Positions 47,591 to 56,637 of a DNA stretch of 59,596 nt are shown here, piece by piece. Within the stretch, counting starts at the first letter, position 1; the number at the start of each line of letters is the position of its first letter. The position numbers and the translations under genes were made by a program. This stretch comes from Candidatus Hermodarchaeota archaeon (lineage in GTDB: Archaea; Asgardarchaeota; Lokiarchaeia; Sigyniarchaeales; SOKP01), in the NCBI GenBank assembly GCA_048885525.1, contig JBHLLP010000020.1, positions 1 through 59,596 on the forward strand. Reading direction: 5' to 3'. The notes under the pieces are model-generated. The model saw only the letters and a list, made by a program, of their open reading frames with translations, did no database searches and was not told the DNA's origin.

Positions 47591-48517
47591 CTATTGATGA
47601 TTGATCAAAAATGATCCAATAGATAAAATTCCTACTATTTTTTCCCAATAATCTTTGATTTCCCATTCTTGTTTATTTTTTACTTTTTCAGAGATCTCTT
47701 TAAACATATCCCTAATCTTTAGTGAATCAAAATAAGTTAATATTGGTGCGATGACAGAAAGCATATATTGCTTTTCCCCATATCTTTCACTTTTATCAGG
47801 TATAGAATCGAAATAAATATACCCTTGCTTTTTAATATTCTCAATATTTAGTAATATCCCTTCTGCTTTTGTAATTTTATTATGTCCATAAATAGAAGTA
47901 GCGGCATGGAATAATTGTTTACCAATAGTATTAATCGAGATAGAACAATCTTTATCAGAAGGATAACTCACCTTTAAAATAGGACCCGCAACATCATCCC
48001 AATATATTAATAATAAACATATCATCAGTTTATCTTTATTTAAAATTGAGGGTTCGATTTTGATATTTAAAGATGAGAATAATTGTTTAATTTCTTTATC
48101 TATTAAATTAGATTTTAAGTTTCGATTAATTTTACCTGATATTGATGCTAGTAAATCCTCCTTATTAAATGGTTTTGTAATATAATCGTCTACTCCTAAC
48201 ATTTTTCCTAATCTAATATCTTCAGGTGTAGATTTTGCTGTAAGAAATAAAAATGGAATGCGATTCCATTGAGGATAAGATGAAACAGAATAAAAAAACT
48301 CATATCCATTCATTTCTGGCATCATAATATCACTAATTATTAAATCTGGAGCTGTTTTTATTTCAAATAAAAGTGTTAATGCATCTTTGCCGTTTATTGC
48401 AGTTTTAACAATATAATCGTTTTCTTCTAATAATACTTTTAAATGAAATAAGATATCTTCATTATCGTCAACTATGAGTATTACAGGTTGGGTTTTAGAT
48501 TTCATAACGATTCCCAT
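47591..48517 (-). CDS. Response regulator: receiver domain plus C-terminal longin/uDENN-like domain
   Basis: VDDN, SDIMMP, FLTA, ITKPF; output domain begins CLLLIYWDDVAGPILKVSYP. Confidence 0.8.
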   Translation of the reverse strand: MGIVMKSKTQPVILIVDDNEDILFHLKVLLEENDYIVKTAINGKDALTLLFEIKTAPDLIISDIMMPEMNGYEFFYSVSSYPQWNRIPFLFLTAKSTPEDIRLGKMLGVDDYITKPFNKEDLLASISGKINRNLKSNLIDKEIKQLFSSLNIKIEPSILNKDKLMICLLLIYWDDVAGPILKVSYPSDKDCSISINTIGKQLFHAATSIYGHNKITKAEGILLNIENIKKQGYIYFDSIPDKSERYGEKQYMLSVIAPILTYFDSLKIRDMFKEISEKVKNKQEWEIKDYWEKIVGILSIGSFLINHQ

Positions 48518-48566
48518 AACTGTCTTATAGTGAAAATATCAATTAAAATTATATTTAAATCTTAAT

Positions 48567-50759
48567 TTAAATATTATCCCTTCTTGGAAAAAAAATAGAA
48601 AAAGTTGTTTCATCTCCTAATTTGCTTTCAATAAAGATTTCTCCTTGGTGAAGCTTTATTATATCCTTTGCTATTGATAACCCTAATCCGGTTCCAGCAG
48701 TATCTTTAGCATTTAAACCTCTATAAAATCTTTCAAAAATACGTGGGAGTTCTTCTTCGCTTATCCCTATACCCCGATTTTTAATTTGAAATAAAATCCC
48801 ATTTTTTCCTTCGGGATTAAATTTTCCATTATAATTTTCAATCGCATTTATCTTGATAGTGGTATTTTCATATGAATATTTTATTGCATTATCAAGGAGA
48901 ATTCGAAAAACTTGATCAATTCTTTTAATGTCCCCGTTCATATTGATATCTTCATTAATATCAATTTGAAAGGTAATGTTTTTTTCATTAGCAAAAGGAG
49001 TTAAAAATAATTCTATATTTTGTAATAATTCTAAGGGATTATAGTTTTCAAAATTAAGCTCTATTTTTTTTTCATCAATTTGAGAGATTATAAGAATGTC
49101 TTCTGATAAATCTTTTAGAAGCGATAGATTTCTTTCTCCTGTCTCAAGAATATAATTTTGAAGTTCAGGAGTCAGTGAATTTTGTTTTTGCTTATATAAA
49201 TCTAATGACATCATCAGAACGGTTATAGGTGTTCTCAGTTCATGAGAAACTGTCGACACCATGTTTTTAATTCTTCTTTCTGCTAAGATTCTCTCCGTGA
49301 TATTAAGACCATAAACATTAAGATAATTTTCTTCAGCAATGGGGGTTATAGTAAACGAATAAAATTCTTTATTTAATTCAAGCTCAATTTGTTGAATTTT
49401 TTGAGTGTGAAAGACTTCTTCTATTACATTATTTAAACTAGGAGGTATTTTATCCCCAATCTCAATATTAAACAATGTTTCACCAGCATGATTTATATAT
49501 AAGACATTCTCATTACTGACTCTTAATATTGGATTTGGATTCTCCGAAGGAAACTTTGCTATACTCTTAATTTCTTCTTCTGCTTTTTTGCGTTCAGTAA
49601 TATCTCGACCAACTGCAACTATATAATTAATATCTCCTTGATCATTAGTAACAATTGAGCCTAAATATTCAAAGGGTATTTTTTTCCCATGTTTCGTAAT
49701 TAATTCCATTTGAATTGAAGTATTGCCAGTTTCTATAGCCTCACGTGTAGCCTCTTCAGCTTTTATTAAATCTTCTTGGCTATAATAAGAATCTGGTGCT
49801 TTCATGGATAATATTTCTTTATCAGTATACCCACTAATATCATTAAAAGCTTTATTCCATCTTATTGCTTTACCTGTCAATGGGTTAAACACGAAAAAAG
49901 TATCCATTTGTGCATTTAATGCAGTTGTTGTAAAGTTCTCACTCTCTTTTAATCTTTTGAATAACGTATATAAAGGATCTTCAAGCCCCTTTTTAATAAT
50001 TGCTAAATAAATAAGATAAAAAGAGACTATTTTAAAGAGGTGGCCTATTAAATTAGATAAATCATATGTGCCAATATATAAAGTAAAAGCTAACTCCGCG
50101 GCCATAGTTGATATAATCGAAAACATTTTAAGACGGAAGGTAGTTAAATTGAGTTCTTTTCTATCTCTATATAATATTATTATTGATATTGCTAGAAGTC
50201 CAATAATTATATATTCGCTGATTATTTTAAACTCGGTGAGACCAATCCCTTCAATATAGCAAACTGGAAAAAGCCTAGCAAAAATTGATATTACCAAAAT
50301 TGTAGTAACAACTGTATAGCCAATTACCAGATTATTTGGATTAACTTTTTTATACATTAAAAGAAATGCTATTAGAAATGAAACAGCTTGAAGATATCTA
50401 GCAGCGATCCATAATTGAGCAGGTAAATTTGAAGTATATCCTTCAAATATATTCATCCCAGTGTATGCTAATGTATGGATTAGATCGATTGAGCCTATAT
50501 ATAATAGACTAACTCCTAGAACTAAAAATATTGAGCTCTCTATATTTTTTCGAGAATTCCATCCAATTGCAAAAATTCCAAATGCTATAACTACACTAAA
50601 TAATTCAGCTATAGTATGAAATAGAAGATAACTGTAGAAGTTTGTTAGATAAATAAGAAATAATATTAGAGCAAAAATAATTATATTTAAACTGTATTTC
50701 CCTCGACTAGTGATTTCTTCTTTTATTTCTTGTGAATACATGTTATTATTATATATCAA
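48567..50759 (-). CDS. Sensor histidine kinase, MASE3-PAS-PAS-HisKA-HATPase
   Basis: MASE3 signature YLLFHTIAELFS...DLIHTLAYTGM...QLWIAARY; PAS ending RDITERK; SHELRTP, LDNAIKY, NRGIGI, IFERFYR, GTGLGL. Confidence 0.92.
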   Translation of the reverse strand: MIYNNNMYSQEIKEEITSRGKYSLNIIIFALILFLIYLTNFYSYLLFHTIAELFSVVIAFGIFAIGWNSRKNIESSIFLVLGVSLLYIGSIDLIHTLAYTGMNIFEGYTSNLPAQLWIAARYLQAVSFLIAFLLMYKKVNPNNLVIGYTVVTTILVISIFARLFPVCYIEGIGLTEFKIISEYIIIGLLAISIIILYRDRKELNLTTFRLKMFSIISTMAAELAFTLYIGTYDLSNLIGHLFKIVSFYLIYLAIIKKGLEDPLYTLFKRLKESENFTTTALNAQMDTFFVFNPLTGKAIRWNKAFNDISGYTDKEILSMKAPDSYYSQEDLIKAEEATREAIETGNTSIQMELITKHGKKIPFEYLGSIVTNDQGDINYIVAVGRDITERKKAEEEIKSIAKFPSENPNPILRVSNENVLYINHAGETLFNIEIGDKIPPSLNNVIEEVFHTQKIQQIELELNKEFYSFTITPIAEENYLNVYGLNITERILAERRIKNMVSTVSHELRTPITVLMMSLDLYKQKQNSLTPELQNYILETGERNLSLLKDLSEDILIISQIDEKKIELNFENYNPLELLQNIELFLTPFANEKNITFQIDINEDINMNGDIKRIDQVFRILLDNAIKYSYENTTIKINAIENYNGKFNPEGKNGILFQIKNRGIGISEEELPRIFERFYRGLNAKDTAGTGLGLSIAKDIIKLHQGEIFIESKLGDETTFSIFFPRRDNI

Positions 50760-50855
50760 TATTATTTTCGTTTCGATAATAATAAATATTCTTTTCTAAT
50801 ATATTTTAAATCATCAAATTATTAAAAATCGCTAATATGACTAAATTTAATGCAA

Positions 50856-51404
50856 TCATAGGACTTTAGTTTTTTCGAAGATCGCATATATTGTCGTCTT
50901 ATTTAGGGAATATGTAAAATTTGGTGGAAAAGTTTCCTTAATTTTCAAAATAAAAGCATTTATTACTTCTTCATTTAAATTGGAGTCAAATACTAAATCA
51001 GGATCAAATTTATGTAAGAATACTGAAAAATCAATATTATTCTGTTCCTTAATTGAATCTAATACTTTTTTTAGATATTCAAGTGCATTATTGTAATGTT
51101 TAGTATCTTGAATATCAATTACATATATAATTTTATGAGTTCCCTTAGTGAATTTGTCGAAATCATTAAAATAATCGTCAAGATAAGCCTCCTGACCCCC
51201 AAGGTCCCAAATTGCATACTTTGATTTTAAGGCTTCAAATAACTGCACATCGAGACCTTTAGTAGGCATTGGATGATTAAAAGCAGAAATACCCTTGATA
51301 CCCTTTAAACAATTTAATATTGATGTTTTCCCACTATTATGTAATCCAATAAGTACTATTTTTATTGATTCTTCCAATGAATTCTCTTTTTTTTGCGAGT
51401 TCAT
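50856..51404 (-). CDS. Small GTPase, Rag/Gtr-Arf-like
   Basis: G1 GLHNSGKTS, G2 PTKG, G3 WDLGGQ, YVID, G4 HKFD, G5 TTIY. Confidence 0.9.
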   Translation of the reverse strand: MNSQKKENSLEESIKIVLIGLHNSGKTSILNCLKGIKGISAFNHPMPTKGLDVQLFEALKSKYAIWDLGGQEAYLDDYFNDFDKFTKGTHKIIYVIDIQDTKHYNNALEYLKKVLDSIKEQNNIDFSVFLHKFDPDLVFDSNLNEEVINAFILKIKETFPPNFTYSLNKTTIYAIFEKTKVL

Positions 51405-51444
51405 ATTTTATTATGATTTTAAAATAAGCTTTAATATTAAAAGA

Positions 51445-51780
51445 TTAAGATAACAATTCATTTCTATCAATGTCTATTAAATCTTTAAGTTTCTCTGTAT
51501 TAATATCTGCTACTAATGAATTTATGTGAGAGAGAAGGGTAAAGATATCAATATTTTTTATCTTATAGTACTTAATATTATCTTTTTTCTCAAAATCTAT
51601 AAGATTATTATCAACTAATATATTCAAATGTTTGGAAATTGTTGATTGAGGTCTATCTAGTTCATTTTGAATTTCTGAAGAGTTTTTCTCACTACTTTTT
51701 AATTGATCTAAGATTTCCAATCTTGTTGGATCTGCTAATACTTTTAAAAACTCAACAGTGTATTTTCTTAGTTCACTCAT
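51445..51780 (-). CDS. ArsR/SmtB-family regulator
   Basis: LKVLADPTRLEIL, QSTISKHLNIL, YY. Confidence 0.92.
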   Translation of the reverse strand: MSELRKYTVEFLKVLADPTRLEILDQLKSSEKNSSEIQNELDRPQSTISKHLNILVDNNLIDFEKKDNIKYYKIKNIDIFTLLSHINSLVADINTEKLKDLIDIDRNELLS

Positions 51781-51972
51781 TTACTGAATAGAATATTCTT
51801 TTTCCTAGTTTTTAAAGCTTGTTTTAATGGATTATTAATGTATTTATAATAATATAAGTGACACAAAGGTTTAAATATTATGTTATCGTAATATTTATAT
51901 ATCATGGTATCGCGATAATTGAATATTTTATATCGATTATATTTATAATATAAATTAATCAGGGAGTAGTAA

Positions 51973-52500
51973 ATGATAAGTCAAAAAATTGGTATTGATG
52001 ATATTGATTGTAAAATTATGGATTTGATTCAAAAAGAACCCACTCTCACACATACAGAGATTGCGGGGCATGTAAATCGTAGTCAACCAACTGTAGGAAT
52101 GCGTATTAAAAAGCTTGAGAAATTAGGCGTGTTAAAATACCAAGCGGGAATAAATATAAAAGAAGCAGATCTCTGTTTTGGTCGAATTGAACTTCAAACT
52201 AAGAATCCAAAAAATGCCATTGAAAAAGTAAAAAAATGTCCTTTTCTTTTAAACGCATTTAAATTATCAGGAGATTCAAATATAAGCATTTTAACCGTAG
52301 GATTAAAGATTAAAGACATTGATAGAGTTGTTAACGGAAATTTTCGAAATGACCCAGATGTTATTGATGTTCATATTGATATTATTTCTGATGTTGTAAA
52401 CGATTTTGTATTGCCAATGGATTTAAATTTTGAATATGGAGAATTTTTATTTAATAAGAATTGCTGTGGTAAATGTAATTGCTCAACTAAAATTTGTTAA
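51973..52500 (+). CDS. Lrp/AsnC-family regulator with Cys-rich tail (paralog 1)
   Basis: IDDID, THTEIA...SQPTVGMRIKKLE, KCPF, tail CCGKCNCSTKIC. Confidence 0.9.
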   Translation: MISQKIGIDDIDCKIMDLIQKEPTLTHTEIAGHVNRSQPTVGMRIKKLEKLGVLKYQAGINIKEADLCFGRIELQTKNPKNAIEKVKKCPFLLNAFKLSGDSNISILTVGLKIKDIDRVVNGNFRNDPDVIDVHIDIISDVVNDFVLPMDLNFEYGEFLFNKNCCGKCNCSTKIC

Positions 52501-52514
52501 ACAAATAGAATAGT

Positions 52515-52754
52515 TTAATCTATGGTTAAAGCTTTCAATTTACAAGCCGTAGTACAGATGTGACATTTTACACATCTGTCCTCACGGTCCTCCACCACAA
52601 TACACTTAGGTGTAGATTCTTTATTTATTACCTCATAAATACCCCTAAAGCAAGCCTCTTCACAGGAAAAATCTTTACATCGCTCACATTTTGAGGTATC
52701 AATATGATGAAATTTATAACTTATAAGAGCATCTTGATCGTAAGGTTTACTCAT
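52515..52754 (-). CDS. Small 2x[4Fe-4S] ferredoxin
   Basis: CERCKDFSCEEAC and CVKCHICTTAC. Confidence 0.85.
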   Translation of the reverse strand: MSKPYDQDALISYKFHHIDTSKCERCKDFSCEEACFRGIYEVINKESTPKCIVVEDREDRCVKCHICTTACKLKALTID

Positions 52755-52877
52755 TATGATTACCCAAATAATAAAATCTTTTTATCTCTTAAGGTTATAT
52801 TCTATAATAAAACCTCTTAATTTTGGATACAAATATAGTCTAAATATAAGAGATAATAAAAAATTAATAAAGAATTC

Positions 52878-53546
52878 ATGAGTGGGAGTAAGCAAGCTCT
52901 TTTTGAAATTCCAAGTTTGATGAAAGGCATATTTGTTTCAAGACCAAATAGATTTATAGGAGAAATCAAATATAAGGGACGTATTGAGACTGCTCATATA
53001 CATGACCCAGGTAGACTCAAAGAATTACTTATTGATGGGGCTGAAGTTTTATTTACTCATTCTCGAGGTAAACTAAAATATTATATCAAAGCTGTTAAAA
53101 CTAATGATGAATGGATTCTTATAGACACTGCTTTACATTCAAAGATTGCTCAAGAGGTTTTTAGACTCTTACCAGAATTTTCTAATGTGAAAAAAATCAG
53201 AAAAGAAGTAAAAATTGGAAATAGCAGAATAGATTTTCTACTTGATGAAGTACCATTGGAAGTAAAAGGAGTAACGTTAGTAAAGGATGGTATTGCCCTT
53301 TTTCCGGACGCCCTTACTGAACGTGGAGCGAGACATGTAAAGGAAATTACTGAACATAATGGAGTTTTACTCTTTTTAATATTTTGTAGAGCAAAGAGTT
53401 TTGCTCCAAATTGGGAGATGGATTCTAAATTTTCGGAAAACTTAAGTGAAGCAAGAAAGAGAGGTATTAAAATACTAGCATCCCAGATAAGTTTTGATGG
53501 AAAAATAGTCTATTATGAAAGAAAAATTCTATTATCTGATTTTTAA
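52878..53546 (+). CDS. sfsA: SfsA (sugar fermentation stimulation / nuclease) protein
   Basis: RPNRF, AHIHDPGRLKELL, SRIDF, EVKGVTL, FPDA.TERGARH. Confidence 0.93.
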   Translation: MSGSKQALFEIPSLMKGIFVSRPNRFIGEIKYKGRIETAHIHDPGRLKELLIDGAEVLFTHSRGKLKYYIKAVKTNDEWILIDTALHSKIAQEVFRLLPEFSNVKKIRKEVKIGNSRIDFLLDEVPLEVKGVTLVKDGIALFPDALTERGARHVKEITEHNGVLLFLIFCRAKSFAPNWEMDSKFSENLSEARKRGIKILASQISFDGKIVYYERKILLSDF

Positions 53547-53678
53547 ATAGTCTTCGCATATAACAATAATATAGATTTTTCATAGGAAGTCAAAAAAGTA
53601 AAATCTTAAAAAGAAGTCTATGTTTATTAAAATCGGTTCCAAATCCAATTTTGAAATGAAAAATCGAGGTTTTAAAAA

Positions 53679-54002
53679 GTGGTATTATTAGTATCAATTA
53701 CTCGTTTTCCAGTAAGTAAAGCAAAAGTAGTTTCAGAAAGATATATTGAAGTTGCTAAGAAATATCCTCCAGATAGATCCTTGGAGAAAGTTATCCTCCG
53801 AATGGCTGCTAGAGTAGTAGGTAATGAAATTGAATCTATATCAGTGACGGAAGTCAAGGAAGGAAAATATGAAGAAGTATTAAAAAGAGCTACAGAACAG
53901 CAATTACTCTATTTTGACATTGAGGGAATGAACTTCCGAGTCGATACTTTTTTCTCAGGAGTAGAAGCTTTGCCTATGATAGGGCTCGAGATGCCAGAAT
54001 AA
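53679..54002 (+). CDS. Hypothetical protein
   Basis: 107 aa, GTG start behind GAGGT, normal composition. Confidence 0.65.
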   Translation: MVLLVSITRFPVSKAKVVSERYIEVAKKYPPDRSLEKVILRMAARVVGNEIESISVTEVKEGKYEEVLKRATEQQLLYFDIEGMNFRVDTFFSGVEALPMIGLEMPE

Positions 54003-54156
54003 ATTAGCAATTGAAAACTTAAACTAACTAAATAAAAACACTTTTTTTTTAATATTCTTAAACTAATTAATTGTATTTCAAATCTTTGTTTATTAGGTTT
54101 AGAACTCAAAAGAAGGTATATTAATGTTTTTTAAGTTCAATTAGAATAATTTGATT

Positions 54157-55101
54157 TCAAAAGATATTTCTACTTTTTTTAAATAAATTGAGTTTTGTTT
54201 TCTCATTATATGGAATAGGATTATAGCTAAGATCTAATCTTTCTAAATTTTTAAGATTCTCCAAACATTTTGTTTCTGTTATACTATTACTACTGAGATC
54301 TAAATGTCTTAATTTTAAGAATGAATCAAGCGCTCTAATCTCTTTAATATTATTATGTTTAAGATGTAATTCCCACAAATTGATTAAATGTTCTATACTT
54401 TTAATCTCAGTTATTTCATTTTCATTTAAATCTAAAATTTCTAAGTTCTTAAGATTCTCCAAACCTTTTATCTCTGTAATTTTATTAGAGTTGAGATATA
54501 GATATTTTAAATTTACTAATGAGTCGAACCCTTTGATTTCTGTTATTCTATTGTTCTCAAGATGTAATTCCCATAAATTATTTAGGTTTTCAAGACCTTT
54601 AATTTCAGCTATTTCATTACAATTCAAATATAATACCTCTAAATTCTTCAGATTTCCTAATCCTTTTATCTCCGTTATCTTATTCGAATGAAGATATAGA
54701 TCTCTCAAGTTTATTAGTGAATCAAGTCCCTTAATTTCAGTAATTTTATTTGCACCAAGAAAAAGAGTATCCAAATTTATAAGCTCGTCTAATCCTTCAA
54801 TTTCTGAGATCTTACTCTCTTGTATATATAATATTTCCATATTTGTAAGATAACCAAGATTCCCAATTTTTTTAATAAATTCGGGACTTTCAATAGTTAA
54901 GACTTTTAAATTTTTCAGACTATCTACACGGGAGAATTTTTTAAGTGAGGAACCGCCACATATATTTAGTCTTATAACCTTTTCTAAGCCCTCAATTTCA
55001 GTGAGACTCTCAACTTCTATAGGAAGATCTAAGACGCCACCTTTAACAGGAATCTGCTTTCCCCGATAAATGACATATTCCACTGAATATTTGTTAACCA
55101 T
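54157..55101 (-). CDS. Leucine-rich repeat protein (SDS22-like, 22-aa repeats)
   Basis: About 9-10 repeats of LxxLxLxxNxITEIKGLxxLxN; no signal peptide. Confidence 0.92.
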   Translation of the reverse strand: MVNKYSVEYVIYRGKQIPVKGGVLDLPIEVESLTEIEGLEKVIRLNICGGSSLKKFSRVDSLKNLKVLTIESPEFIKKIGNLGYLTNMEILYIQESKISEIEGLDELINLDTLFLGANKITEIKGLDSLINLRDLYLHSNKITEIKGLGNLKNLEVLYLNCNEIAEIKGLENLNNLWELHLENNRITEIKGFDSLVNLKYLYLNSNKITEIKGLENLKNLEILDLNENEITEIKSIEHLINLWELHLKHNNIKEIRALDSFLKLRHLDLSSNSITETKCLENLKNLERLDLSYNPIPYNEKTKLNLFKKSRNIF

Positions 55102-55339
55102 TATTAAGAAAACTAAAGAAATCCATATATTTAAATTTAAAGTCCACCTAAATTTTGAGTAATCATTATTGCGAGAGTTCAGAAAGATTTTTTAAAAAAA
55201 AATGAAAAATTTTCTCCTCAATTTTTGTGTTTAGAGGTTGTATTAATAAAGACTAATTTTTTATCAATATGAACCAATTTTTTATAAGTTGAGAAATTAT
55301 TACATAATTAAAGTAGAAAAAATAGTCAATGATCTTATT

Positions 55340-55894
55340 ATGATTTCAGAAAAATTAAAGCTTGATGATATTGATAAGCAAATAATATCGCTTGTTCAAG
55401 AAGATCCTAGTCTTACACATACAGAAATTGCCACAAAAATAAATAGATCACAACCAACGGTTGGTATGCGTATTAAAAAGCTGGAAAAGAACGGAATTTT
55501 ACAATTTCAGCCAGGGATCAATTTTAAAAAAGTAGATTTAAATCTCGCTACTGTAGAGATAAAAACAAAGAATCCGGAAGAGATAATGGATATGGCGAAG
55601 CACTGTCCCTTTATGCTTAATGCGTTTAAACTTTCAGGGGAGCATAACATTTGTATTTTACTCGCTAGTTCAAAGCTTCCAAAGCTTGATAATATTGTTA
55701 ATTATCATTTTCGAAATAATCCTCAAATAAGTAATGTTTCAATGGAAATTGTACTTGATATTGCGAAGGATTTTGTACTGCCAATTGATTTTGATTCGGA
55801 AGAACATAACCCTACACTTGAAAATGGATGCGGTGAGGCTTGTAAGTATAAAATTGCTAAGGCAAAAGGATTGGTAAAATCAACTAGTAACTAA
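55340..55894 (+). CDS. Lrp/AsnC-family regulator (paralog 2)
   Basis: Starts MISEKLKLDDID (ATG at 55340, matching paralog 1), THTEIA...SQPTVGMRIKKLE, HCPF, tail CGEAC. Confidence 0.9.
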   Translation: MISEKLKLDDIDKQIISLVQEDPSLTHTEIATKINRSQPTVGMRIKKLEKNGILQFQPGINFKKVDLNLATVEIKTKNPEEIMDMAKHCPFMLNAFKLSGEHNICILLASSKLPKLDNIVNYHFRNNPQISNVSMEIVLDIAKDFVLPIDFDSEEHNPTLENGCGEACKYKIAKAKGLVKSTSN

Positions 55895-55947
55895 ATTTTT
55901 CTGTCTTATTAAATCTAATAGTTATTAAAAAAGTTCTTTTAGTTTGA

Positions 55948-56514
55948 TTAATCTTCTTCTTCCTTATTAAATTTAAATTTAGGTAAATCTTCTACTATAT
56001 TACAATCGGGGCCACAATACCTTCCATCGAAATTTTCGATTTGGAAATCGATTGGCACAACAAAATCATGAATAGATTCAATTAATATATTAGTTTTAAC
56101 ATTGATAACATTTTCATCTTTTCTAAAGCACAAATCTACTAGTTTTTCAATAGTTTGTAAATCTGATGCAGCGATAAAGCAGAGTACGTTAAATTCCCCC
56201 GAAATTTTGAATGCATGATTAATAAAGGGGCAATTTTCAATCTTTTTAACAATACTATCAACATCTTTAGTAGAAATATAAGCAATAGCAACTTTAATAT
56301 CAACTTCTTTTATATTAAAGCCCACTTGCTTTGTGAGTAGATGCTTCCTTTCTAACTTTATTATTCGAGCACCTACAGCAGGTTGAGATTTTTCTATCTC
56401 CTTAGCTATATCACTGTGGGTGATATCAGGATTTCTTTCGATCATCTCGATGATTTTTTTGTCGTCATCATCGATACTCAATAATTCATTAAATGTTTTT
56501 TTCTTCATTTTCAT
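55948..56514 (-). CDS. Lrp/AsnC-family regulator (paralog 3)
   Basis: IDDDD, THSDIA...SQPAVGARIIKLE, NCPF, tail CGPDC. Confidence 0.9.
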   Translation of the reverse strand: MKMKKKTFNELLSIDDDDKKIIEMIERNPDITHSDIAKEIEKSQPAVGARIIKLERKHLLTKQVGFNIKEVDIKVAIAYISTKDVDSIVKKIENCPFINHAFKISGEFNVLCFIAASDLQTIEKLVDLCFRKDENVINVKTNILIESIHDFVVPIDFQIENFDGRYCGPDCNIVEDLPKFKFNKEEED

Positions 56515-56637
56515 TTTATTTCATAACCTCACGTTAATTTAAACTTAGTTTTAATGAATTTAAATCTTTATAAAGAGTCCAATTATTGAAATAAAGAATA
56601 TTTAGTCTCAACTTTTTAATTTATAAAATCTCTCGAA

